Source: an uncultured Acholeplasmataceae bacterium | GTDB taxonomy: Bacteria > Bacillota_I > Bacilli_A > Acholeplasmatales > Acholeplasmataceae | DNA length: 64,000 nucleotides | NCBI GenBank assembly: GCA_963540875.1 | Contig: CAUTQZ010000006.1 | Span: 1,225 to 65,224, forward strand | Reading direction: 5' to 3' | The notes under the pieces: generated by a model | Told to the model about the DNA's origin: nothing | What the model saw: the letters and a program-made list of their open reading frames with translations, nothing else | Databases searched by the model: none | Translations under genes and position numbers: made by a program | Part shown: positions 52,925 to 62,685 of the stretch, piece after piece | Numbering within the stretch: the first letter of the stretch is position 1 | Layout of the letters: the number at the start of each line of letters is the position of its first letter

Positions 52925-53857
52925 TTATCCTACAATACCAGAATTTTCAAAATTTTGAACAAAACTTTTTTGTATAATAAAATATAAAAGTAATATTGGC
53001 GTAATAAATAAAATATTAGCAGCTCCTGTAATGGATGGTAGATAAAATTTATTCATATTAGCAATACCTGTTATATCCTTAAATATTCGTGAGGCGCTTT
53101 CTAATCTAATATTTAATAAATTATTGGGCAATAAATTAGCAGTTCTAGCAAAATATCCTGTATAGAAAGTATCTCCAAAATTCCAAATAAAACTAAAAAC
53201 ACAAACGGTAATAACAATAGTTTTAGAATTGGGGATAATAATTTTAAAAAATGTTCCTAAAAATGAGCATCCATCCATTGTTGCAGCTTCAGTTAATTCT
53301 TTAGGTAAGCCTTTATAAAATTGTCTAAATAAATAGATGAATAGACCTTGTTTAATTCCTTGTCCAAAAATAGCGATAATATAAATTGCTATTTCTTTTC
53401 CGACTAATCCATCACGACCAAATATTTTTATTGAATGTAAAAAAATATATTGGGGAAGTGCAATAATTGGTGCAGGAATAATAATAGTAATTAAGACAGG
53501 TAATAAGAAAAATTTCGAACCTCTAAAATTAATTATATGTAAACCATAACCACAAAATGCTGCAATAGAAACCTGTATAATCATTAAAACAATTGCATAT
53601 AAAAATGTTCTCCAGATTGAAATTGAATAGTTTAACATTCTACTAGCAATCCCGTATGCCTGGTCACTAGTTTTCCTTGGTAGCCACTGAGTATTTGCAA
53701 CTCCTATATAATCATAACTAGTAATTGATGCAATTAAAGTTTTAATTAGTGGAAATAAAATAATAAACGATAATCCAATAATTAATATTGCTCTTAATGA
53801 AGATACTAAAATTTTGTTTCTTACTTTTTCATATTTATAATTTCTTTTATTATTCAT
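52925..53857 (-). CDS. Carbohydrate ABC transporter permease (MalG-like), copy B
   Basis: EAA loop ELTEAATMDGCSFLGTFFKIIIP. Paralog of 29312..30259. Confidence 0.9.
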   Translation of the reverse strand: MNNKRNYKYEKVRNKILVSSLRAILIIGLSFIILFPLIKTLIASITSYDYIGVANTQWLPRKTSDQAYGIASRMLNYSISIWRTFLYAIVLMIIQVSIAAFCGYGLHIINFRGSKFFLLPVLITIIIPAPIIALPQYIFLHSIKIFGRDGLVGKEIAIYIIAIFGQGIKQGLFIYLFRQFYKGLPKELTEAATMDGCSFLGTFFKIIIPNSKTIVITVCVFSFIWNFGDTFYTGYFARTANLLPNNLLNIRLESASRIFKDITGIANMNKFYLPSITGAANILFITPILLLYFIIQKSFVQNFENSGIVG

Positions 53858-54771
53858 CTTTTCTTACCTACTAATTTTTCCTTATTAACCATTTTTAGAA
53901 AAATAGTTGCAATTAAAAGTAGTAATAAAGTGACAATTGTAAATACTACCGAAATAACAGCACGATTTTCTCTTGAAATTTTTTCATCCATAATTAGTTC
54001 AACAAGTGGAGAACGATATAGCAAATCAATTAACGTATATATTATTACTGCTGATAGCATTGGAAATATTGATGGGAGTGTTACTTTAAAGAATTGCTCG
54101 TACTTATTTGCTCCTTCTATTTCAGCTACTTCATAAAGAGAGGGGTTAATAGATTGTATAGCCGCTAAAAAAATTAAAATTTGTACACCTGATAACATTA
54201 AAATATTTAAAATTCCTAAAACAGATTTAGAAATTAGTGCTATAATGCTTGGTGGAATTTTTGAATATTCGAAAATTTTAGAAACATTGAAGATTTTATA
54301 AACTACACTATCTTTAATAGAAATTAAGTTATTTTCTCCAACACTAAAAAGTGATACTATAGCAGGCAATCCCAAAATTAGCGGTAAGAAAAATATCACC
54401 CTAACAAGACCTTGTCCACTAAACTTAGAATTTAGTAAAACAGCAATGGCAAGTGAAAATACAGTTATTAAAGGAAGCTTTACTACAGTATCAACAATTG
54501 CTTCAACTAAAAATTGTTTAAAAAAAATTGTTTCGCCTAAACTATTATTTACTTTTAATTTATTAAATACGTAATCATAATTAAAGCCACCTACATAATT
54601 AAACATTAAACCTCCTGTTTGAGCAGTTTCAAGTTTATTAAATGAGTAGACAATAATCATTACAAAAGGAACTAAAAAAAAGATAAGAAAACCAATAAGA
54701 AAAGGTAAATACATTAAAAAACCTTTAATTTGGACTTTAGTATTTAATTTTATTTTTATTTTATTCTTCAT
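53854..54771 (-). CDS. Sugar ABC transporter permease (MalF-like), copy B
   Basis: EAA loop LYEVAEIEGANKYEQFFKVTLPSIFP. Paralog of 30240..31193. Confidence 0.9.
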   Translation of the reverse strand: MKNKIKIKLNTKVQIKGFLMYLPFLIGFLIFFLVPFVMIIVYSFNKLETAQTGGLMFNYVGGFNYDYVFNKLKVNNSLGETIFFKQFLVEAIVDTVVKLPLITVFSLAIAVLLNSKFSGQGLVRVIFFLPLILGLPAIVSLFSVGENNLISIKDSVVYKIFNVSKIFEYSKIPPSIIALISKSVLGILNILMLSGVQILIFLAAIQSINPSLYEVAEIEGANKYEQFFKVTLPSIFPMLSAVIIYTLIDLLYRSPLVELIMDEKISRENRAVISVVFTIVTLLLLLIATIFLKMVNKEKLVGKKR

Positions 54772-54775
54772 CGCT

Positions 54776-57358
54776 TTATATTTCCTTATGTGAATATGGT
54801 GCTATACCTAAATAATTTCCTCCAGTAAGATTAAATATTAAAGTTTTAATAATACCTTCTTTTTCGTATTTAACTTCATATATATTATAATCAATTACCT
54901 TATGAGATACTATATTAGTGCCATATTTTTGATAAAAATTACTAATATATTGGTTATGCTTATCCATCTCACTTAGATAATCAGCATAATAACAAGAATT
55001 ATATTTATTGTAAAAATAACTATCTTTAGTAATATTAGTCTTTTCATACGATAGGGTGTATTTGGCTTTAGTTTGTGAAATTAGTTGGTACTGAAAATAA
55101 TAACTTTGCATATCACCTGCAATATGATCATCAAATAAATTTTTAGTTTCTAAATATAAATGATAATAATCTTTAAGTACTAACTGATAAAAAGGGATCG
55201 GTGATTTAATATTAGATCTATTATTAGTAGGTAGCTTAATATCATATATTAAATCTGCTTGACTTATTAGATTAAAAGATGGATAATTCATCGCTAATTT
55301 ATTTCTTTTTAAACGTTCAATTGAACTTTTTTTAATTTCATCGACAATTTTAGGTGAAAATAATTTATCACTATAATCATAGTTAGGAATACTTAGATCA
55401 TCAAGTGCTAAGTTTTTATAACTAGTCCCTTGATATCTATTTATTGTATCGAGTAAATATTTATTATTTAATAAATAATACCTATTTAATTTATCCTTAA
55501 CCTCGCTATTAGTAATTGGACTATAATCATATAATTTTTTAATTTCGTTTGATAGTGTTTGCATACCATTAAGTCTATTAGAAAATAATTGGTAATTATT
55601 ATTATAAGTTTTTAAAAAACTTTGTACATAATAAATATTATACTCATTAAGTATTTCCCTATCTCCTAATTTTCTTAACTCTTTAGTTTTTTTAGCAGGT
55701 ATATTTTGATAAAGAAAATCTTTTTGCCAATTAGTATAAAAATAAGTTGTAGAATATGAATTTATTTTTTCAATTATTTCCTTAGCTTCTTTAAACGATG
55801 TCATTTTAATATCTTTATAATAAGGTATACCTAAAAAATGATTAAGAGTATTTATGGCTCCTAAAAATTCAGTAGCTATATCATTATAAAATAACACCTT
55901 ATTTTTCCTGATATAGTTATTTGCAATATCATTTGCTACATCAAAATACGTTAAGTTTTCTTTTTCCATAAAGTGATATGCAACAGTATATCTAGTATCA
56001 AAATAAGCAGGGCTTTGTGCTAATGTAGTACTTTCCCCTATAAAAGTAGCGTTACCAGACCTTCTAAGATAAAATTCAGGATAAATTCTAGTGTAGTTAA
56101 TAAAAGGATCAAGATATAAATTAGCATTACTTGCACCGTCTTCAATATAAAAATAACTTACTAGTTTTTTTATATTATTTTTACTTATTAAACCAACAAA
56201 TGGTATTTTGACATCAGGGGGAAGTTGCTCATAATTTTTTTCTACTAAAAAACGATTAGCGTTATAAACTACTCCGTTCCATCTAATATCCATATTATCA
56301 ATTAGTGCCCCATTACCTTCAGGAATAATAGCTTCTTCGACATTTTCTTTTTTAGTTAATAATAGATTAGGATTTAATTTAATACTTGATAATTGCCATT
56401 TACTATTATTTATAACAATACTATTTTCTTTAATTAAATCACTAATAATACTTACTTTAAATGAATTTTCTTCTAAGTAATACATAATCGGTATAGTAAA
56501 AGAATACTTATTTATTCTAGCATTAGGATTAAATTTCATTAATTCGTTATCGCTTAATTTATAGATGTTATACCAAATATATTTTAAGTTATTTTTATGT
56601 AAAGTAATATCATCTGAAGGAAGAATAAAGTTGTAAAGATTATTACTAGTTTTATCTCCGTTTTTAATATAAGATAGTGATAGCGAAGCTAAATAAGACT
56701 TATAATCGTTTGGATTATTTTTAAAATATTTTTTTATTTTTCTAACTAATTCTTTCATTTTAATTGAATCTATCGCCTTAGGAAATAAAGAATTATCTAG
56801 CGGATCACTATTTATTTCATATTCAACTAAAACTCCATCATAATTTTTTACTTTTTTAATACTTTTTATACTAATCATTTTATAAGTAATTTCTCGTGCT
56901 TCACCAGGAGTACTACTATAAGTTAAATAAGCAATAAATGGTGAAAGTAAATTCTCTTCTTGTTCATTAGGATATTTATAATGATTTAGTAAAGTTTCTT
57001 CTGTATAACCTTTATCACTACCATATTGCATTAAAGGCACAACACTTACTAGATTATTTTTATATTTTACATCAATACTTTTTGATTTATCGTTGTAAAA
57101 CATTTTATTACTATCATTTGATGTTATTTCTTGAGAACCTAAATTCAAATAATTTTTATCTGTTAATTTAATCTTAGAATAGCTCGCTAAATTTGGTCTT
57201 ATTGCTCTTAAAGGATATTTCATTTGAATTGTAAAAAATATTATGGCAAAAATAGCAAAAATTAAATACCCTAAAATTAGTAGTTTACGCCACCATTTTA
57301 GTTTATTATAAATATCATAGTAAGATATAATTTTATTTTTAAAATCTATTTTTTTCAT
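54776..57358 (-). CDS. 860-aa single-pass membrane protein (possibly DUF5696-like), copy B
   Basis: N-terminal TM LILGYLIFAIFAIIFFTI. Shares IWYNIYKLSDNELMKFN, SSIKLNP, IIPEGNGAL, YFYTNWQKDFLYQNIP and LALDDLS with copy A. Confidence 0.55.
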   Translation of the reverse strand: MKKIDFKNKIISYYDIYNKLKWWRKLLILGYLIFAIFAIIFFTIQMKYPLRAIRPNLASYSKIKLTDKNYLNLGSQEITSNDSNKMFYNDKSKSIDVKYKNNLVSVVPLMQYGSDKGYTEETLLNHYKYPNEQEENLLSPFIAYLTYSSTPGEAREITYKMISIKSIKKVKNYDGVLVEYEINSDPLDNSLFPKAIDSIKMKELVRKIKKYFKNNPNDYKSYLASLSLSYIKNGDKTSNNLYNFILPSDDITLHKNNLKYIWYNIYKLSDNELMKFNPNARINKYSFTIPIMYYLEENSFKVSIISDLIKENSIVINNSKWQLSSIKLNPNLLLTKKENVEEAIIPEGNGALIDNMDIRWNGVVYNANRFLVEKNYEQLPPDVKIPFVGLISKNNIKKLVSYFYIEDGASNANLYLDPFINYTRIYPEFYLRRSGNATFIGESTTLAQSPAYFDTRYTVAYHFMEKENLTYFDVANDIANNYIRKNKVLFYNDIATEFLGAINTLNHFLGIPYYKDIKMTSFKEAKEIIEKINSYSTTYFYTNWQKDFLYQNIPAKKTKELRKLGDREILNEYNIYYVQSFLKTYNNNYQLFSNRLNGMQTLSNEIKKLYDYSPITNSEVKDKLNRYYLLNNKYLLDTINRYQGTSYKNLALDDLSIPNYDYSDKLFSPKIVDEIKKSSIERLKRNKLAMNYPSFNLISQADLIYDIKLPTNNRSNIKSPIPFYQLVLKDYYHLYLETKNLFDDHIAGDMQSYYFQYQLISQTKAKYTLSYEKTNITKDSYFYNKYNSCYYADYLSEMDKHNQYISNFYQKYGTNIVSHKVIDYNIYEVKYEKEGIIKTLIFNLTGGNYLGIAPYSHKEI

Positions 57359-58002
57359 TATTTTTTTATTCTAAAAATTATTTCTTCAATAATTTGATTG
57401 CCAAAACCAAGTGTTTGTTTTATTAAACTAAATGCTAAAAAGATTAAATATAGTAATATTAAAAAAGTAAAAAAAGTTGCTATAATCATTACTATATTTT
57501 TACCAACGCTAAATTCATGGACAACAATTAAGCCTATGAAAAGAATAATGCTAAATAGTATTACTCCTAAGACATTAAAAACTTTATATAAAACAAGATC
57601 AGATAATGTTATAAAATTAGAAAGTATAACACTTACAACTTGAAAAATAATTAAAATAAATAAAGAATACCCAGTTGCTTGATAAATTTCTTTTAATTTA
57701 CCACTTCCATCAAATAAAGTAGTTGTTAAATAATTTGCAATTACTAATAATAAGATAGGGATGACACTCCCTAAAAAAATAAGTGGTCCATTAATTTCTT
57801 TAGGGCTTAACTTATTTAAAAAGAACACTTTATACTGATAAGCAAATATCTGCACAATGCCATAGATAATTATTAAGATAGTCGCAAATATAAAACCAGT
57901 CTTTTTATTTTCTTTAATTTCTTCAAAGTTTTTAAAAGGGGCGAAAACCAATCTAATTGGAAACATTATTAAATTATCAAATATAAACTTTAATTTATTC
58001 AT
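57358..58002 (-). CDS. Yip1-like 5-TM membrane protein, copy B
   Basis: 214 aa. Shares LLLVIANYLTTTLFDGSG.LKEIY with copy A (LLLVVANYLVTTLFDGNGSLKKIY). Same TM layout. Confidence 0.55.
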   Translation of the reverse strand: MNKLKFIFDNLIMFPIRLVFAPFKNFEEIKENKKTGFIFATILIIIYGIVQIFAYQYKVFFLNKLSPKEINGPLIFLGSVIPILLLVIANYLTTTLFDGSGKLKEIYQATGYSLFILIIFQVVSVILSNFITLSDLVLYKVFNVLGVILFSIILFIGLIVVHEFSVGKNIVMIIATFFTFLILLYLIFLAFSLIKQTLGFGNQIIEEIIFRIKK

Positions 58003-59720
58003 TTCTTATAAATCATTTTTTTACTAACGCTAAAGGTAAATATTAAAAACACAAAACTTAGTAATAAATAAATACTTTCCTCAATTTGTAAATTACGATA
58101 TTTTTCGTATGCTTCAAGGTATAAAAGTTTATTATTAGCTAATTTAAAATAACTGCAAGCTTCTTTATAATCACCATTTAATAAAGCAATTTTACCAAGG
58201 CCATTATAGGCATACTCGCAGTTAGAGTTTAGCATTAAAAGCTCATTATATATTTTAGATGACTTATCATAATTACCACTTGCATAATTAATGGCACTTT
58301 GATTAATTAACTTACCATATCTTGTTGGTGATAGTATTTTTATGTAATTAGAATAGTTATCATTTTCTAAAACAAAGTAGTTTTGATTTATAATTTTTAT
58401 ATCCTTAACATTATTTAATTGTTCAATACTATTTCCTTTATTGCCGTATAAAAACATAAGTTCACCATTATTATTATATGTAAATAATTTATTATTATTA
58501 CTATCAAATAATACGTATGTTTTATAACTTGATACACTAATTAAACTAAACATTGAAGCAATACTATTTTTATTTTCAAAACTTTTTTGAATATAATCAC
58601 CTTGAATTTTTTTATTTTGGTCTTCAACTAAAATATTTTTTCCAGCTTGATTAAATCTTTGAACGGGATTATTTTTTGAAGCACTTGTTACTGTGTATAA
58701 AAAGCCACTATTATCAATTGCCATAGCAGTAAAGTTTAGTTGCGTTTTTCTAGCTTCATTATCTAAAACTTCATCTGATATTAACTTTCTCCATAACTTT
58801 TCTTTTAGTGATAACTCAATTTTATTAATACCAATAAACTTTACAAAAGTTCCATCTAATCTAAATGCCAAAATACCCATTTCTGAGTCGGCTGATATAA
58901 CATAAAACATTTCTGCATTAGGATTAGCACTTATTTTTAATGGCCTAAATGGCGTTTTTAAAATTGACATATCTCTACTATTTAAACCAATAATTCTTTC
59001 AAATTTTACTGGGTTATCATCTGGTAGTAAGTATCCATTTTCCATCCTTTTGTACTGGTAAATAAATGCTTGTGGTTTGAATGAATTAAAATAATCTCTT
59101 TTAAATAACATTGCTTTATCTTGACTAATTAACTTTAATTCATTATAAACCTTATTATATTTATTTTCTATTTCTTGAGTTAAAATATCATTGCTTTTTG
59201 CTATTACTTCTTTAGTAATAGGATTAAATAAATTTTTAATAAACTTATTTTTTTCTTCGCTTCCACCAATATAAATATACCCATTTGTATAGCAAATACT
59301 AGTAGGAGCATTAGGAACATATACGTCAGCACTTGTAATAATATGCCCTTTATAGTTATAACTACTATTAAATAAGAAAATAATTCCTTGAGCTTTATTG
59401 GAGCCTTTATTAAATAAGTGCGCTAAAAGAATTATTTCTATAATGTTATTTTTTTTATCGCTAATATATGCTATCTCAATTGCCTTTAACTTTTTATCTG
59501 AAAATTTAGTCGGTACTATTTTATTTAAATCTAAAAATTGCGAAACAAAATAGGCACTCGGTGAAGAGATAATATCATTATTTTTATCATAGTTATAAGA
59601 ACTTGCTTTTACAACTGGAGTAATTAAGATTAAACAAATAGATAAAAAAATAAATAGATATAATTTTAAATATTTTATTTTAAATCTAATTATAATTAAA
59701 TTCCTTTCTCTTTTTAGCAA
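57999..59720 (-). CDS. Bitopic propeller-like plus TPR protein, copy B (true start probably ~59690-59696)
   Basis: Paralog of 34464..36239 (FYVISADSEMGILAFRLDGTFVKFIG, NGELMFLYGNKG, YASGNYDKSSKIYNELL, C-terminal TM). The track start (TTG at 59720) has no SD. AAAGGA precedes in-frame ATT/ATA/ATT codons at 59696/59693/59690. Starting there aligns with the copy A N-terminus. Confidence 0.55.
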   Translation of the reverse strand: MLKRERNLIIIRFKIKYLKLYLFIFLSICLILITPVVKASSYNYDKNNDIISSPSAYFVSQFLDLNKIVPTKFSDKKLKAIEIAYISDKKNNIIEIILLAHLFNKGSNKAQGIIFLFNSSYNYKGHIITSADVYVPNAPTSICYTNGYIYIGGSEEKNKFIKNLFNPITKEVIAKSNDILTQEIENKYNKVYNELKLISQDKAMLFKRDYFNSFKPQAFIYQYKRMENGYLLPDDNPVKFERIIGLNSRDMSILKTPFRPLKISANPNAEMFYVISADSEMGILAFRLDGTFVKFIGINKIELSLKEKLWRKLISDEVLDNEARKTQLNFTAMAIDNSGFLYTVTSASKNNPVQRFNQAGKNILVEDQNKKIQGDYIQKSFENKNSIASMFSLISVSSYKTYVLFDSNNNKLFTYNNNGELMFLYGNKGNSIEQLNNVKDIKIINQNYFVLENDNYSNYIKILSPTRYGKLINQSAINYASGNYDKSSKIYNELLMLNSNCEYAYNGLGKIALLNGDYKEACSYFKLANNKLLYLEAYEKYRNLQIEESIYLLLSFVFLIFTFSVSKKMIYKK

Positions 59721-62685
59721 TTTCTAAATTAATTTCAGTAATATATTTATTAAGTGATTCAATTGGGTCATATCCATTCATTACTGATACAAAAGCATTT
59801 TTAAACTGTCTTGTAGTCATATACCCCCCTGGTACTTGCGGAATACCTATCGTATTAGCACGAGCAGCTTTAATTACCTGATAATCAATACTTGGCCATG
59901 GTAGCTTATTAGCAGTATTAATATTAGCAGTAGGATATCTTGCTGCTGAACCAACAATAACTTCTAATTCTCGTCCATATTCTAATTGCGTTTCATCACT
60001 TTGCCACCATTCTAAAAATTCCCACGCCATTTGCTTTACTTTACTCTCTTTTAATAAAATACTAGTTGCTGGAACATTAGATAAAATTGCATAACGATTA
60101 GCTGTTGTTTTTTCATCTTTTTTTAAAAAGGTAGGGACATTAGTAATTCCCCACTTGCCAGATATTTCTGGTGCAAATACCGCTAGTTGATTATACATTT
60201 CATATGAAATAATTCCGGCTGGAATTTCGCCACTACGAAATCTATTAATAAAGTCAGCTTCAACTAATATATTACGATTTGCAAAATATTCACTATATCT
60301 AATAAATGCCCTTTTACTACTATCTGATAAAAGACCACTTTTAGTAAAATTATTTTGGTAATAACTTCCTCCCATTTGATATAAAATAGAACCAAATAAA
60401 GCTGTATTTATAATATTAGAATTACTTGCGACTGCATTTGCACTTCTTTGAGCTAAACTTGAATTAACTGGCGACTCTAGGAAAAAATTTAATTTATTAT
60501 CTTGAATAGAATTTATAATGTTTTCTAACTCTTCATATGATAATGGTTTATTAGAATCTATTTTTAAATTTAATTTTTTAAATATATCCTTTCGATAAAA
60601 CATTACTGGATAAGTTTGGGTTTCAGGTAGTGCAAATAATTTATTATTCCTTAAAAATGGTGTTAAAGCACTTGGTGCATATTTAGATTTAATACTTTCA
60701 TAAGATGTATATTTAAATAAATTTTCTAGCGCATTTCTAAATGAAAAATCCATTGTTATTCCTTCGGGGACCATCAAAGCACAATCGGGCCCTCGCTTAG
60801 AAGTAACTGCTCTTAAAAGTACTTCTGATGTAGCAAGTTCTAATTGAATGTTCATATTTTTTATTGCTAAATTACTAGTAGCAGCAATTAATTTTTTTAC
60901 TATTTGAGCATTATCTCTTCCTGAAATTACCCACACTTTAAGTATGTTTTTACCTTTTTTAGTTTTAGGTTTAAACGAATAAACTAATTTTTTTATTTCG
61001 TGTCCTAAAAGCTCAAAAATATTTTCATTTATTCTCTTTAGCTTTTTTTCTTTACTATGAAAAAAGAAAGCATCAACTGTTAAAGGTCCTTCTTTTTCAT
61101 TCATTAACCAAGTTCCAAGCGATGATATATTTGCCTGAAAGGAATTTAGTTGCCTAACTAAATTATTAGGTCTTTTAATAAAATTATTTAATTGATTAAT
61201 CATTGTATTAATAGCAGCCACTCTTGCACTTGAATTTTTAGCAAGTAGTGTATAATGATTAACTAATTTTTCAAGGTTATTTTTAATATTAGTAATACGC
61301 TCTTTAAAATTAGGAATTTGCTCTGCAATATTATAAGTTCTTTCTGTATCACTATCACTTAAAAATATTTTTGCATCTAAATAAATTTGATTTAACGCAT
61401 TAATTGAGTCATCCATAATTCCGATAATATCCTTAATTACTGCAAGTGATACACGCATTCTTATTCTATTTTTTCCTTTTTTTAAAGGAAATAAATAAGG
61501 TGAGTTTTTATCTCCTATTTGATAAGTAGTAAAATTATCATTAGATAAAAAATTTATATAAGAAGCTTCTTTAAAGGGAACAAAATAATTAATATTTTCT
61601 CCTTCATAATGACCAATAATAATTTCTCTTGTAACAAATGATGATTTTTTAATATCCTCTTTAGCATAGAAAGAAAGAGCATAGAGCCCTTGTTCTGGAG
61701 CCTCAAATTCATACTCTACCCAATAACCTGGTAAGCGCCAAGAATACACTCCCATCACATTTAAGCGAATATCACGACCATTATAATATGGAGTTATTTT
61801 AGATGATGTTGTATCGCTTAAAGGAATAAGGTTAGGAGATGAAGCAAGACCGATTTTTTCTCCTTCAATTTTAATATTGTCGCTACCATTATATTCGCTA
61901 TAACCATTACTTTTATAATCTTTTATAGCGTCATCATAACTTTTAGGAAGAGGTGCAAGCTTAAGTGCTATTTTCTTAATTAACATTGCTTCTCTTGTAG
62001 CATTTAATGTAATGGTTTGGCTTTTACCTTTTTTTAAATAAAAATAATAAGCTCCCGTAGTGATATTAAAAAAATCACCAAAATAAGTTTTTTCTAATTG
62101 TGGGAGCTCAACTTGTTTCGACCTAATTTCATCACCTAGTTCATCTTTTGTAATACTACCCAAACTATGATAGTGTCTTGTTAATTTAATTTGTTCAGCT
62201 TCTTTAAAAGGGACAGTATTATTTATCAAAACTTTTCTCTCTATTTCAGCACTTTTACTACTATAATGCTCCTGCATACTAGTATCTATATAAGTTTTTA
62301 TATCATTTTCATCCCCAGTTAAAGGAAGATATTCAATATATATATTGTAAAGTCCTTCTTCTAAAACATCAAATTCAAATTCTAAGTTTGAAATATCAGA
62401 TGAATAGATGCCATTTGATAGTTGTAAGTAATTTTGCCCATTAACTAATTTTAAAGAAATCTCTTTATTTTGCTTAGGAAAATTTTTATTTTTTTCATAG
62501 TATTGTTCATATGAGATCGTTTCATCATCAAAAGAGTTCTTATAAAGAACTCTTTTTAATTGATGATTAACTTTCCCACTATAAATAATTTGGTGTGATT
62601 TTACTATCGACGCAATTATTAAACTAATTATAATAGTAAAAATCGTTAACCAAATCAAACGTAATACTACTTTTTTATGTAACAC
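59686..62685 (-). CDS. 999-aa membrane-anchored CBM-like/helical/SBP chimera, copy B
   Basis: Paralog of 36236..39217 (FDVLEEGLYNIYIEY, VLINNTVPFKEAEQIKLTRHY, WVEYEFEAPEQGLYALSFYAK, GEIPAGIISYEMYN, ELEVIVGSAARY). The GTG start shares its G with the upstream TAG (TAGTG). Confidence 0.65.
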   Translation of the reverse strand: MLHKKVVLRLIWLTIFTIIISLIIASIVKSHQIIYSGKVNHQLKRVLYKNSFDDETISYEQYYEKNKNFPKQNKEISLKLVNGQNYLQLSNGIYSSDISNLEFEFDVLEEGLYNIYIEYLPLTGDENDIKTYIDTSMQEHYSSKSAEIERKVLINNTVPFKEAEQIKLTRHYHSLGSITKDELGDEIRSKQVELPQLEKTYFGDFFNITTGAYYFYLKKGKSQTITLNATREAMLIKKIALKLAPLPKSYDDAIKDYKSNGYSEYNGSDNIKIEGEKIGLASSPNLIPLSDTTSSKITPYYNGRDIRLNVMGVYSWRLPGYWVEYEFEAPEQGLYALSFYAKEDIKKSSFVTREIIIGHYEGENINYFVPFKEASYINFLSNDNFTTYQIGDKNSPYLFPLKKGKNRIRMRVSLAVIKDIIGIMDDSINALNQIYLDAKIFLSDSDTERTYNIAEQIPNFKERITNIKNNLEKLVNHYTLLAKNSSARVAAINTMINQLNNFIKRPNNLVRQLNSFQANISSLGTWLMNEKEGPLTVDAFFFHSKEKKLKRINENIFELLGHEIKKLVYSFKPKTKKGKNILKVWVISGRDNAQIVKKLIAATSNLAIKNMNIQLELATSEVLLRAVTSKRGPDCALMVPEGITMDFSFRNALENLFKYTSYESIKSKYAPSALTPFLRNNKLFALPETQTYPVMFYRKDIFKKLNLKIDSNKPLSYEELENIINSIQDNKLNFFLESPVNSSLAQRSANAVASNSNIINTALFGSILYQMGGSYYQNNFTKSGLLSDSSKRAFIRYSEYFANRNILVEADFINRFRSGEIPAGIISYEMYNQLAVFAPEISGKWGITNVPTFLKKDEKTTANRYAILSNVPATSILLKESKVKQMAWEFLEWWQSDETQLEYGRELEVIVGSAARYPTANINTANKLPWPSIDYQVIKAARANTIGIPQVPGGYMTTRQFKNAFVSVMNGYDPIESLNKYITEINLEIAKKRKEFNYN